A DNA stretch of 61,885 nucleotides, filler included, from Chiloscyllium plagiosum (Eukaryota), in NCBI RefSeq assembly GCF_004010195.1. It is 3 parts of one record of this genome, joined end to end, with 100 filler letters (N's around TTAATTAATTAA, not from the genome) between each part and the next. Parts side by side here need not be neighbours in the genome. Positions count along the whole stretch, not along the records: positions 28,947 to 56,784 come from NC_057712.1; 2 more parts are not named here. One strand, written 5' to 3'. The notes beneath the pieces are model-generated. The model made no database searches. It was not told where the DNA came from and was given only the letters and a program-made list of their open reading frames with translations. Numbering within the stretch: the first letter of the stretch is position 1; each line of letters begins with the position of its first letter. The position numbers and the translations under genes were made by a program. This document shows positions 36,880-49,868 of this stretch, in pieces.

Positions 36880-38645
36880 GCAGCATGTATTAAACAAGAC
36901 TAAACAATTCCACAATTGACAGGTCAGATCTGTGCTCTACAGTGTTGCACATCCAGTTAAAAATGGTAGAGGACATTTAAGTAGTTAACAAGTGGTGAGG
37001 AGGGCGGTTGTACAAATATCCCCATCCTCAACAATTGAGCAGCTCATCACATCAGTGGAAAAGACAAAGCAGAAGAATTTACATCCATCTTCAGCGCCAA
37101 GGATAATCCATCCCTGCCTCATTGAGATCCCAACATCACAGATAGCACCCTTCAGCTAGATTCACTCCACACGATATCACCAAATGGATAAAGACATCAG
37201 ATACAGAAAAGGTCCTGCCATCATTTCCTAAATTAGTACTGCTATGTGCTCCAGAACTAGCTACACCCCTAACCAATCATTTCAGTATAATTACAATGCT
37301 GGCTTCTGCCCAGCAGCATGGAGGGTTGCCCAGATGTGTACTGTGCACATAAAGCAGGACAAGACAAACTCAATCAATGACCACTCCAGTCTACTCTCAA
37401 TCAGTTGTCGACAGTGCTTTGAACCAATACCTACAAAGGACTAACTTGCTCATTAGCCCTGGCACAACCAAACTTAGGGTGAATCAGCATTTGACCTCAC
37501 TAGAGCTTCGGTCTAAATATGGACAAAAGCTGAACATGTGTGGAGGAGAGAGTAAAAAGGCAGCATTTGACCAACCTCAGCAACATGAAGTCTTGCGAAA
37601 TGTGAGTCACAACACAAGGTGGTCATGGTTGTTGAAGATCAATCCCCTCAGCCCCCCACCATCACTGCAACAGTTCCTCAGGGTAGTATCCTAGCCTCAA
37701 TCATCTTCAGCTACTTCAGTGACCTCCCCTCCATAAGTTGATAAAAGTTGGTGCTTGTGATAATTGCACAATGTTCAGCTTCATTCACAAACTGAAGCAG
37801 TCAGTGTCTGTATGCAGCAGGGCATGGATGACATTAAGGCTTGGGCTGATAAGTTTGTATCACACAAGCATCAAGCTCAAACATGATGTCTCTTCATGTT
37901 CAGAATCCACCATTTTCAACATTCCGGAACAGCCTTTACAAACAAGAACCAGAGGCTTGGAACTCTGCAGTAACTCATGATCGGTCTCCCTGAAGCTTGA
38001 CCACTATTGGTAAGAAGGTTGATGGAATAAAGAAGCCCACATGATTGGTACCCAAATCCATCAATGACAGTGGCCGCTGTGTACAACTAAGTGGCTTGCT
38101 AGACCATTTCAGAGGGCAGCTAAGAGTCAACCACATTGCTGTGGGCCTGGAGTCATATGTAGGCCAGACCAGGTGAGGATGGCAGTTTAACTTCCCTGAA
38201 GGACATTAGAAAGACAAATAATTTCATGGTCATCAGTTGATTCTTAATTCCAGACCTTTATTTTAATGAATTCAAACTCCGCTATCTACTATAGCAGGAT
38301 TCGAACTTAGAGCACCAGATCATCAGGGGAGTTTCTGGCTTAATACAACTCGACCATAGCCATAACCAAGTCTCCTCTACAGTGGCCTCTGCCACCTTGG
38401 AGGACTGGGGCAGCAGATAATGCAAGTTCCTTTCTGAGGCACTCACAATTTGGGCTTGAAACTGTACCACCATTCATTCCTTCATTCTCACTGGGCCAAA
38501 ATACAATTCCATGACAACACTGTGGGTGTCTCCACAGGGAATGGACTACAATGGTTCAAGAAGTCAGCTCATTGTGACTTTCTCAAGGATAATTTGAGAT
38601 GGTCAATAAATGCTAGCCTAGCCAATGACACCCACATTCTATGAA
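36880..38645 (+). mobile_element. Old, highly degraded CR1/L2-group LINE with a nested minus-strand SINE (38090-38345)
   Basis: Remnants such as PAAWRVAQMCTVHIKQDK and gttcctcagggtagt; the tail caataaatgctagcctagccaatgacacccacat is the same family as 6985-7890. Confidence 0.65.
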
Positions 38646-40199
38646 CACATTTTTTAAAAAACCTACACTTAGGATTTGTCTTCCAACTAGCAATGGATGT
38701 CATGTTCAATCTTCACCCCTCTGCAAGAATTTATTTTGCAAACTTCCAGTTCAATGTAATTCTGAAGTAATTCAGTTTTCAAATCATCTCCTTGATTTAT
38801 CTTTCCTGGCCCATCAAATCGTCAGCTTCTGTCAAAATGTGATTTAAAAAGAATCAGAATATGCCAAAAATCAATATTGTTCTGCTGGTACAAATAAACA
38901 AAATGTAAAGCTTCCTTTCATGACTCAGTTCAAATCTTGAGAAATTAACTACATTGCTCCTTTTGCTGTAATCATGTCCTTTGGAACTATAATGTTCAAA
39001 GTTGGTCAGGCTAGGTTGTTAAGCCAACCTCAGTAATACCATACCCCCTGAACTGGACTTACAGTTGGTGCTGCTGGCTGCATACTCAAACTGGGAGTTT
39101 CTGAAGATTCCCCAATGATTTTGGTCAATTATTGAATAAAGAGCTTATTCCTTTTGAATATCCCAAAACTGTCTGAATTTTAAATAATTTAAATTTTGTA
39201 ATGCTAACTTTCTGTAAATCAATTCTAATGATTCCCAGTTTTTGACAAATTTGACTGACTTTGTAATCAGCCAACTTATTTGCAAACAAAATATTCTTAA
39301 AAAATAAGGCAACTAGTCAGAATTGGCACTAATTTTGTTAACTATCTTAATAAACAAATCATTGCCAATTTAATCAAATCTCCATCCACCAAGTGGTATC
39401 TCAAACAAACTTAAAACAGGTAAATGACTAAACAGTGTTACAACGAATGTAATCTGATCTTTCACTAAAATCAGCTCAATATTGTTTAAATGACAAACAC
39501 ACAAATACACAGATTACAAGTCATGTATCCAATGTGTAAAACGTGTTTGATTTTGATGGTGGCTGTGCAGAACCCAAAGTAAAAGAAAATATAAATTTAA
39601 ACCTCATGAAATATTAAATATTTTCCTATCAACTGAAATAATGATATTTTAAACAGCAAAGAAATTTTATTGACTCGCAATATTTTACAAACTTTTCTAC
39701 ATGTATCTGAAATTATACTGGGATACTGTATAAGCAAACTTTAAGAGGCTTCAGAATTTCATTCCCTTCATTCTTAGCTTTAATTCTTGCAGAAACCTTG
39801 CCAATATTGTGCACAAAGTATGTAAATAAAGAAGCCCACTTATTTCATTTGTTTTTCCTTTCTTACTTTTGAAAGAACAAAGTATTTTCACAAAGTATGC
39901 AAAACTTCTGCCAAACACAGCCAACTAAGTGCTTGTTTGTGCCATCTTTAAGAAACAACATACTTTTATAGTCCACATGATAATGATACTTCCACAAGTA
40001 CCAAGTTTTAAGATTTTAACCCAGTGACAAAGAAGAAAGAGTGGCATATGTCCAAGTCAGAATGAACCATGATTTAGAGTCGAACCTGCAGGTTCCCATG
40101 CACCTGATGGTACAGACCACAAATGCAGTAACGGAGGGGCGAATGTTTACAATGGCAATGGGTTGTTTAATGCAGCATTGAGCTTCAAGTGTTTTTGGA

Positions 40200-40840
40200 G
40201 GAGGTCAGAGAATTATGATCACTATCACCAAAATGCTCTCCCACCAAGAAATCTGACACCTGGCATGGTTCGTTGCCAAGCACCAAATCCCATATGGCCT
40301 TCCCTCTAGTCAGCCAATCTACATATTGAGTCAGAAACCCTTCCTGGACACACTGAACAAAAACTGCTTCATCCAAACTATTTGAACTAAGGAGTTTCCA
40401 ATCAATATTAGGGAAGTTAAAGTCACCCATAACAACAACCTTGATACTTCTGCACCTTTCCAAATCTGCCTCCCAATCTGCTCCTCCATGTCTCTGCTGC
40501 TCTTGGGAGGCCTGTAGAAAACTCTCAATAAAGTGACCGCTCCTTTCCTGTTTCTGACTTCCACCCATACTGACTCTGTAGACAAACCGTCCCCGACAAC
40601 CTTTCTTTCTGTAGCTGTGATACCATACCTGATTAGCAATGCCACACCCCCACCTCTTTCACCTCCCCTGGCCATTCCTTTTAAAACATCTAAACCCTGG
40701 TACATCCAACAACTATTCCTGCCCCTATGATATCCAAGTCTCCATAACGGCCACAACCTCATAGTTCCAAGTACTGATCCATGCTCTAAGTTCAACACTC
40801 TTCTTCCTGATACCTTTTGCATTAAAATAGACATACTTCA
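40200..40840 (-). mobile_element. CR1 endonuclease-domain fragment
   Basis: GGGVALLIR...VWVEVRNRKG...VFYRPP; VMGDFNFPNIDW...DLVLGNEP...FGDSDHN. Confidence 0.92.
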
Positions 40841-41960
40841 AGACCAACTAACAACTCAAGTCACAGATAATACAAGATAACACAGCATTTAAGAAGCAGC
40901 TGGTTAAGTACTTAAGATGCCAGGGGATAGTAGGGTATAGATCTCGAGGTAAGTGGGATTAATGTAGTTTGTTGCTTTTTGTCTAGCATAGACATGTTGG
41001 GCTGAAGGGCCTGTTTGTATGCTGTGTGGCTGTATGACCTAATCTGCAGATACAAAAAATAGCACACTGCTCGATAAACAGTGCTCTAGGATACCTTAAT
41101 ACATGTTTTATATTTTTTAAAAATTAATCAGAAGTGTTAGAGGGTCTGAATTGTGAATCTAGAGAGAAACTATTCCCTGTGTCCACCACGTCCTATCAGG
41201 TTGTTTCCCACACCCCAGCTATGTCCCCCCCCAGGACTGTGCCCCCTTCTCCCCCACCACGCCCAGACCCTGCACCCATCCCCCACGCCCTGACAATTCC
41301 CGTGGGCAGGGCCCTCTGCTCTCAGTTTAAACTCAACCCAGTTATCACAGAGGCTGGGGTGCAGCTGGTCAGACAAGCGGTGGGAAAGGGCCGAAGGGAT
41401 GGAGCGAATGGCCTCAGCCTTGAGGGAGAATGGAAAAACCCCTTACAGTGAGCACAGAGCTGGTGAGTGTCAGCAGTAACTCGTCCCCCAGGGAGACAGA
41501 ATGGCGGTGGGTGATCAGGGACAGAGACAGTCACTCAGCCTCGTGACTCTACCCATGCTACTGTCGTCAAAAAGAGAAGTCAAAAAGCAGGCAGCGGATC
41601 AAGGAAAGGCAGAGTTCACACAGGGGACACCAGTGACTCAGAACATCAGGATCAGTGTCCATAACAAGCAGCTCACACCCTTAGAAAACTCAGCACCTCG
41701 ACCAGATCCTCCAGAACGTGACTCGTCCGTCTCCCCAATCCCCCCCAGCCACAACCTCAACCAACCCACCCCATGTAAATCCACAACCCAACATGCTACA
41801 GTTTCATTAACCCTCACACAATTCAAAGAAACACACCCAAAGCAAACACACACCCATTACCCTCTCATACCATAGCCATACAGCTCTGACTTCAACTCAA
41901 ATATCAGAGAAGGAAATGCAGAAGAAATTGAAGAATATGATCCATGAAACTGTAGGACAA

Positions 41961-42125
41961 TATAACACTGGGGTGCAGTACTGGTGGGGACAGGTCTGTC
42001 AGTGTGTAACACTGGGGTACAGTACTGGTGGGGACAGGTCTGTCAGTGTATAACACTGGGGTACAGTACTGGTGGGGACAGGTCTGTCACTGTATAATAC
42101 TGGGGTAATCACTGATGGGGACAGT
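41961..42125. repeat. 44-bp minisatellite, about 3.7 copies
   Basis: Unit tataacactggggtacagtactggtggggacaggtctgtcagtg. Confidence 0.92.
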
Positions 42126-42156
42126 GAGTGAATGTTATTGGTTCCTGTGGACAATG

Positions 42157-42832
42157 AGAGACCTTGGAGTGTAGGTTCATAGCTCCTTGAAAGTGGATTC
42201 GCAGGTAGATAGGATAGGGAAGCCGGCATTTGATATGCTTTCCTTTGTTGGTCAGTGTATTGAGTCTAGGAGTTGGGAGGTCATGTTGCGGCTGTACAGG
42301 ACATTTAGCCCACTTTCGGAATATTGTGTGCAATTCTGGTCTCCTTTCTATCGGAAGAATGTTAAAAGATTTACAAGGATGTTGCCAGGGTTGGAGGGTT
42401 TGAGCTACAGTGGGAGGTTGAACAGGCTGGGGCTGTTTTCCCTGGAGTGTTCGAGACTTGAGGGGTGACCTTATAGAGGTTTGTCAAATCATGAGGTGAA
42501 TGGACAGGATAAATAGACAAAGTCTCTTCCCTGGGGTGGGGGAGTCCAGAATTAGAGGGCATAGGTTTAGGGTGAGAGGGGAAAGATATAAAAGGGACCT
42601 AAGGGGCAACTTTTTTATGCAGAGGGTGGTATATGTATGGAATGACCTGTCAGAGGAAGGGTGGAGGCTGGTACAATTGCAACATTTAAAAGATATCTAT
42701 GAGGGGTTTAGAGGGAGTTGGGCCAAGTGCTGGCAAGTGGGACTAGATTAATTTAGGATATTTGGTTGACGTGGACAAGTTGGACTGAAGGGTCAGTTTC
42801 CATGTTGTACATGTCTGTGACTATGACTGTAT
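42157..42832 (+). mobile_element. CR1 LINE 3' fragment
   Basis: QVDRIGKPAFDMLSFVGQCIE...EYCVQFWSP...RFTRMLPGLEGLSY, with a ctatga tail. Confidence 0.92.
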
Positions 42833-43268
42833 GAGTTGGTCGAGATCAGGCTGGTGCAATCAACACATTTTATCAAGATCAAGTGTAATTATTTTCATGC
42901 TTCACTGTTACTGTGTATTCGCGCAGTAAACCGTCTGTACGTGCATGAGAAATATATATGTCTGGCCGGTTCTCTGTGTTAATGGAGAGATGTTCATGTG
43001 GGAACAGGAAGTGGTGACACTGGTTCCAGCCAGCAGTCTCCATCCCAAAACCACAGCAAAAACGCTGCAGATCAAATACTCACCAACCCAAAAGGAGGGC
43101 CCTCAAAAACAAATAGGGATCTTCTCGAGAGGGACAAAGTCCTGTAACTGTTGGAAAATTAGATAAACAAGAGAAAATGTAGACTTTCCTCAGCTGGTGT
43201 GACAGTGGGGAGGGGCAGGGGACAGAACAGACTGAATATTTACGTTGATCTGCAGTCTCAGTCTGATA

Positions 43269-43440
43269 TACAGTTGCCGCCCCCCCCCCTACACAGGGGG
43301 GGATACATTCCAGGACCTACCACGAAAGCACAAAACCGTGGGTAGGAGCAAACCCATTAATTTCAATGGGAAGCGTACCATCCCAGCCACCTGCTGGCCC
43401 CTGGTTCTGGGACATTCCCTATAATATGTTCAGGCTGCAT
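43269..43440 (+). mobile_element. Tigger/MER2-like DNA transposon left-end fragment
   Basis: ta-cagttgccgcccc...gggggatacattccaggaccta resembles Tigger-type termini following a TA. Confidence 0.45.
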
Positions 43441-43489
43441 GGATGGGGGGTGCTTTGTACTCCCACACAGCTTCTCTCACCACAGAAGC

Positions 43490-43840
43490 GAAGAGGTTTA
43501 CAAAATTATGAGGGGCATGGATAGGATAAATAGGCAAAGTCTTTTCCCTGGGGTCGGGGAGTCCAGAACTAGAGGGCATAGGTTAGGGTGAGAGGGGAAA
43601 GAGATAAAAGGGACGTAAGTGGCAACTTTTTCACAGAGAGGGTGGTACGTGTATGGAATGAGCCGCCAGAGGATGTGGTGGAGGCTGGTATAATTGCAAC
43701 ATTTAAGAGGCATTTGGATGGGTATATGAATAGGAAGGGTTTGGAGGGATATGGGCCAGGTGCTGGTCGGTGGGACTAGATTGGGTTGGGATATCTGGTC
43801 GGCATGGATGGGTTTCCATGCTGTCCATCTCTATGACTCT
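43490..43840 (+). mobile_element. CR1 LINE 3' end
   Basis: GNFFTERVVRVWNE...FKRHLDGYMNRKGLEGYG and 3' UTR. Confidence 0.9.
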
Positions 43841-44313
43841 TTGCTGCTGGGTTTGCTGAGTGTTCCCAGCAGTCATCATTCAGGACAAGACACTGAGCCA
43901 CACTTCCTTACATCTCACACACCCAATCCAACTCTCTTTCACATCCAGCTTTCGGCAGCAGATTCCTGAAGTGATTCAGGAATTGTTATCCAGCTGTGGG
44001 AGATCTTCGCCATGGAGTGGGACATGGAAAGAAAGGGATTCATTTCATATGAACTTTCATTGAGCCTGATCTTGATACACAGTTCACTCACAGGCAATCC
44101 TTCTCAATGACAGTGAGTATTGTACTGAGACTGAAAGAGGCAAGAAGATCCCACAAACACTTCCTCAACTTTATAGATGTCTCAGAGGTGAACGTCAATC
44201 TCAGGTGGAAGGGAATAATATCTGGGAAGCTCTTAAATCCACCCGAGAGGTTGGGCAGGGCAGTAGTGGTGGAGCCAGGATCTTGGTATAGTTACAGATC
44301 TGAAACACAGCAG

Positions 44314-44467
44314 CTCCGACAGTGCCCACTCCCTCAGCACTGACCCTCCGACAGTGCAGCACTCCCTCAGCACTGACCCTCCGACAGTGCGGCACTCCCT
44401 CAGCGCCAACACTCTGACAGTGCGGCACTCCCTCAGCGCCGACCCTCCGACAGTGCGGCACTCCCTC
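44314..44467. repeat. 33-bp minisatellite, about 4.7 copies, probably derived from a Deu-SINE segment
   Basis: Unit ctccgacagtgcggcactccctcagcactgacc. Confidence 0.9.
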
Positions 44468-45039
44468 TGAACTGCAGTTGGAGTGTTACCCTGGATTTTT
44501 GGGTCCGGATCTCTACTCTAAGTGTTTGATGTTGTCAGTGAACCAGTTGGAGACAATGCAGAATGTGGAATCACTGTGTGACAAGCAGTTGTTAACGTTT
44601 GAAACACATTGTCTCAATATATACATCCAGTTTGTTCAAAGTGATATGGCATTTTATGCAAATAACCTTTCATAATGAGGGGAGTGAGTTTGTCATTTAA
44701 ATCTGGGTGTTCCTCACGTTGTCACTCAAATCTGGAGTTTTCAATTATAAAGATTATAAAAAGCAGTTTAGAATCAATGAACCATGGCTTTCTTTCCCCA
44801 ATAGACCTTTACAAAGGTTCTTCAGAAAGGTCGGGATCAGAGGCAAAATCCTGCATATAACAAAACTTTAAGACATGGAAATCTGAATTTAAAACAGAAA
44901 ATGTTGGAAATACTCAGCGGGTCAGACAGCATCTGTGGAGAGAGAACTAGTTAATATTGACTGAGGTTGAGAAGTTCAAACATTGACAGCTTCTGTGGAA
45001 AGATAAGAGAGTCATCGATGTTGGTGCTCAGTGAGGAGA

Positions 45040-45445
45040 CTGTGAATCAGAAGGTTATTGATTCAAGTGCCAACTCTGAGACTGAAGACAGACTCTCAAT
45101 GTTGCTCTGAAGGGCTGCCAGAACGTGCTGTGTTTTGGGTAAGATGTTACACGGCCACTGCTCTGTCCTCATGTGCAAACTTGAGATTCCCATGGAGTGA
45201 TTTTAAAGAAGGGCAAAGGAAGGTTTACATCATGACCTGACCAATATTTATCCCTCAGCCAACACCACTAAAAATGAGATTGTGATTATTATCACAGTGC
45301 TGATGTGGGATCTTGTGGTACACTGTTTGGCTGTGTTTCCTACATTATAACAGAGACTAATTTTAAAAGACCATCATTGGCTGTAAAGTGGTTTGGCATA
45401 TGCAAGCATGCAAGGTGCTAAATAAATGCAAGTTAGTCTTTCTTC
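45040..45445 (+). mobile_element. Deu-domain SINE (SacSINE1/AmnSINE1 superfamily), degraded
   Basis: ccaatatttatccctcagccaacaccact...tttcctacattataacag...cattggctgtaaagtggtttgg...gctaaataaatgcaagt; recognised from memory of the family. Confidence 0.7.
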
Positions 45446-45467
45446 CACACTGGCAGGAGAGGCAGTG

Positions 45468-45565
45468 TCTCTGATAAAGGGCTTATGCCCGAAATGTCAA
45501 TTTTCCTGCTCCTCTGATGCTGCCTGACCTGCTGTGCTTTTCCAGCACCACACTAATCTAGACTC
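45468..45565 (+). mobile_element. Solo PLE family A terminal module with a mutated hammerhead
   Basis: ctgataaagggcttatgcccgaaatgtc...gatgctgcctgacctgctgtgcttttccagcacc. Confidence 0.8.
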
Positions 45566-46024
45566 GAAAGGCTGAAGCAGTTCAGTCTCATCTAGAACTG
45601 GGTCTGGGCTTCCTCATCATGTTTTACTGGCTGGCCCAGGTCAGATATTGCTTGTTTAGACCATGACAGTTAGGTCACCCAGAAATTGCAATCTTTCTAT
45701 TTAAAAATGTTGAGTAACTAAACAGCCCAGCAACTGTACCCGTCGTGTGAGCGTGTGAGGTAATGGTTCTGAGGGAGTTAATGTTGGAGGTTGCATTAGG
45801 TTCCACCCAATCTGATGCTGTCACACAGACCTGAGCAGAGAATAAGGGATTCTCGCGTGAGGTTCCAACGGGGTCAGATGTGTTATCCCAGCTCCTGATA
45901 GTCTTAGTAATCGTATCTAACTTGAATCTATTGCTGACAAGTATTAAACCACAACTTGCTGGTAAGACTCACCGATAACTCGGCATCACCCACTGTTAAC
46001 CAGCCAGACTGTCAGACCCTTTCT

Positions 46025-46335
46025 GGGGAGGAGTCTAGAACTAGAGGGCATAGGTTTAGGGTGAGAGGGGAAAGATACAAAAGCGACCTAAGGGGCAACT
46101 TTTTCACACAAAGGGTGGTGTGTGTGTGGAATGAGCTGCCAGAGGAAGTGGTGGAGGCTGGTACAACTACAGCACTTAAAAGGCATCTGGATGAGCATAT
46201 GAATAGGAAGGGTGTAGAGGGATATGGGCCAATTGCTGACAAATGGAACTAGATTAAATTAGGATATTTGGTCGGCATGGACAAGATAGACCACACGGTC
46301 TGTTTCCATGTCGTACATCTCTATGACTCTATGAG
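46025..46335 (+). mobile_element. CR1 LINE 3' end
   Basis: SRTRGHRFRVRGERYKSDLRGNFFTQRVVCVWNELP, with a (ctatgact)n tail. Confidence 0.9.
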
Positions 46336-47187
46336 TCAAATTGAAGATGCTTAAGAGGTTGGAATGTTGGTCTGAACCCAGTGGCTCATGGGTAAACCAG
46401 ATTGAACACAAATAAAGACACAAAGAACAGTGCTCAAAACAATGGAGGGTAGAATGTGGGAGATCAGTTAGGAGAGCATTGCAATGGTCAGAATGAAAGG
46501 TCACAAAGTATATGTGAGAGTTCATCAGCAGAGGAACTCCAACAGGGATACAGATGGGCAACATTACAAACAAATTTAGTGATGGGAAGCTCAGAGTGAA
46601 ATAGGATGTCAAGGTTGTACATTGTCTGGTTCATCATCAGACAGACACCAGAGAGAGGGAGGGCTGGGTGATCTGAGTAGAGAGTGCCATTTCCTCAGAA
46701 AGCAACCTGTCAGTATCAGAACAAGAGGAGTTCCCTGGTGCTAGGTTCAGTGCATGGTGAACATTACAATCACACAGCAGCAGCTACACTCACTGGGAAT
46801 GCTTATCCAAACATTCATTACAACGGAAGGGAATATTTTAGTATTTAAACCCAGAGAGAGAGAGAGAGAGAGTGTGTGCTGAAGGGGTCATGAAGCCATT
46901 GATAAGGTAAGGTTGGGTTTCATTAATCCCATAAAAGCTTTTGTAAATTTATTACATGACTTTCATGTAGAATGAGGGAGAAAATCTGGGTCAACTAGGT
47001 AGCACCATGTGACATTAAGGCATGGGTTGCAGATCTCAATGTAGATTTACTAAAAACAAGAGAAATCAGCAACTCTGACTTGTTTAATGTTTCACACTCA
47101 ATCCTTACATTTTTACCCAACACAGCATTAATATCAACTGCTCATGCACTTTTCTGATTGTTCCATTAATACATTTCTTCCTTTCCT

Positions 47188-47437
47188 TCTCCCACACACA
47201 CTGACTCTCACTGGGGGACAGCTCCCACACACACTGACTCTCCCTGGGGTACAGCTCCCACACACACTGACTCTCACTGGGGTCCAGCTCCCACACACAC
47301 TGACTCTCACTGGGGTCCAGTCCCACACACACTGACTCTCCCTGGGGTACAGCTCCCACACACACTGACTCTCCATGGGGTACAGCTCCCACATACACTG
47401 ACTCTCCCTGGGGTACAGCTCCCACATACACTGACTC
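47188..47437. repeat. 33-bp minisatellite, about 7.5 copies
   Basis: Unit cagctcccacacacactgactctccctggggta. Confidence 0.93.
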
Positions 47438-48200
47438 TTACTGTGCTCAATGTCTTTGTCAAGTCTTCTTTTTTCCCCACTGACCTTCACTGAATGATAC
47501 TTTTGGAGTGTCATTGGATAGATCCACTGTCACTTTACGCTGAGTTGAAAATGAACAGTCATTATATTCAAAATCATTGGGAAACCAAAACAGCAAAGCA
47601 AAAAAATCAGCATCTTCCTGAAAGAGCTAAGTTTATAACAGTGACCTCAAGTTCAGGACTGATCCACAAAAGGAAGCACCTTTTCCATATCCATCTTGCT
47701 GAGACCATTCAGGATCCAATTGACTTCAATCAAGTCACCCCTCACTCTTCTGAACTAACTGTTGTAAAAACAAGCCCAATCTGTCCATCTTAAAGACAAC
47801 TTGTTCATTCCAAATATCAATTCACCTCTGAGCTGACATTTATGTCTGGTCTGTATAATCTGTTAAAGCAGCCAATGTGTGACCCACTACACCATGAGCT
47901 TTCATTTTCCACAATGACCTTTGACATGGCACCTTGTCAAATGCCTTTTGGAAATCCAATTGCAGTGCATCTACAGACTCCCCCTTATCAACAGCACACT
48001 GCTCTTCAAACAACTCAAAGAAACAGTTAAACATAATTTCCCTTTGACAAAACGATGCTGACTCTGGCTGATTACCTTGAATTTTTCTGAGTGTGAAGCC
48101 ATTATCTTCTTAATGAGTAAGACCTTCAAAGTTTGTGAGAAGATTTGTAGCTCGGGTGCTCGTTGTTGTGGTTCTGTTCGCCGAGCTGGGAATTTGTGTT

Positions 48201-48240
48201 GCAGACATTTCGTCCCCTGTCTAGGTGACATCCTCAGTGC
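48201..48240 (-). ncRNA. Minimal hammerhead ribozyme motif (PLE family C)
   Basis: Minus strand: gca CUGAGGA u gucaccuagacaggggac GAAA ug UC ugc. Stem I is gca/ugc; stem II is guc-ccu/agg-gac. Confidence 0.75.
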
Positions 48241-48877
48241 TTGGGGGCCTCCTGTGAAGCGCTTCTGTGATATTTCCTCCGGCATTTGTAGTGGTTTGTC
48301 TCTGCCGCTTCCGGTTGTCAGTTCCAGCTGTCCGTTGCAGTGGCCGGACCAGATCGATGTGCTTATTGATTGAATCTGTGGATAGAGTGCCATGCGTCTA
48401 GGAATTCCCTGGCTGTTCTCTGTTTGGCTTGTCCTATAATAGTAATGTTGTCCCAGTCGAGTTCATGTTGCTTGTCATCTGCGTGTGTGGCTACTAAGGA
48501 TAGCTGGTCGTGTCGTTTCGTGGCTAGTTGGTGTTCATGGATGCGGATTGTTAGCTGTCTTCCTGTTTGTCCTATGTAGTGTTTTGTGCAGTCCTTGCAT
48601 GGGATTTTGTACACTACATTGGTTTTGCTCATGCTGGATATCGGGTCCTTCGTTCTGGTGAGTTGTTGTCTGAGAGTGGCTGTTGGTTTGTGTGCTGTTA
48701 CAAGTCCTAGTGGTCGCAGTTGTCTGGCTGTCAGTTCGGAAATGCTCCTGATGTATGGTAGTGTGGCTAGTCCTTTGGGTTGTGGCATGTCCTCGTTCCG
48801 TTGTCTTTCCCTTAGGCATCTGTTGATGAAATTGCGCGGGTATCCATTTTTGGTGGATGACAAGCAGGAGGCACTCA

Positions 48878-48919
48878 AGCACTGAGGATGTCACCTAGAC
48901 AGGGGACGAAACATCTGCT
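48878..48919 (+). ncRNA. Minimal hammerhead ribozyme motif (PLE family C, inverted copy)
   Basis: agca CUGAGGA u gucaccuagacaggggac GAAA ca UC ugcu; stem I is agca/ugcu. Confidence 0.72.
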
Positions 48920-49868
48920 CCACAAATTTCCAGCTCGGCGAACAGAACCACAACAATGAGTAAGACCTTCTCGGTGAAATATATCAAACTAATTGCCTAT
49001 AGTTTCCCGTTTTCTGTCTTTTGAACAGAGAGGTTTCATTTGCTACTTTACAATCTGATGGAGTGTTTCCTGAATTGAGGGAATTTTGGAAAATTTATCT
49101 CCATGGCATCTACTACTTCATGAGCAATCTCTAAGGCCCAAGGATAAAATCCATCTGGACCCAGAGAATTGTCAGCCAATAGCTCCATTGATTTGCTCAG
49201 TCCCACTCCTGTCCAGGTTGTAAGTTCACTCAGTGCCTCTCTCTATCCCCCCCTCCTGGTTTATAGCTATTTCTGGAATCATTTTTCTGTATTCTCTAGT
49301 GAAGACAGAGAAACATATTTGTTCATTTTATCCACCATCTCCCTATTATCTCCTAATAATTCCCTTTCTCACTCTTCTTTGCAGGTACCTGCAGAAACTC
49401 TTGCTACCCATTTTTTACATTTCTAGCTAGCTCCTCTCACACTCTAACACTTAACTCTTTCGCTGCCATTCTTTATATCCTGACCAGTCATCTGATCTAC
49501 TAGACATTTTTCTACAATCAAATGCTTTTTCCTTAAAGTTGAAGCTTTCCCAAACTTCTTTGCTCAAGTCCTGATGGTAGGTTCTCCCTTTAGAATTTTT
49601 CTTTGTGGTAGGAATGTACTTACTCTGTATATTCTAAATTATTCCCTTATACATCTGCCATTGTGTCTCTATTGATCAATCCCTAACCTGTAAAGTCAGT
49701 TCCCTTTAGCTGGCTCAGCTTTCGTGTCCACAATTAACCTTGAAACACCTGTCTTAGACCCACCCTTCTCCTTTCCAATAATATTCTCGTTACTGCTATG
49801 GAGAAGTGCCTTCTCTCAGTAATTAATCCCATCACATTACACAATGCCAAGGATAATATCACCTGCTC

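Larger units (their letters stand above)
48128..48954 (-). mobile_element. PLE family C insertion with inverted terminal repeat and 16-bp TSD
   Basis: NGYPRNFINRCL...ATLPYIRSISE...KTNVVYKIPCKDCTKHYIGQTGRQLTIRIHEH...AREFLDAWHS. TSD aatgagtaagaccttc at 48112-48127 and 48955-48970. Segment 48875-48954 is an inverted copy of about 48162-48243. Confidence 0.95.

Noticed and set aside
39040..39110. Possible minus-strand exon ending in ACT|gtaagt
   Set aside because: There is no convincing polypyrimidine acceptor and the peptide is not recognised.
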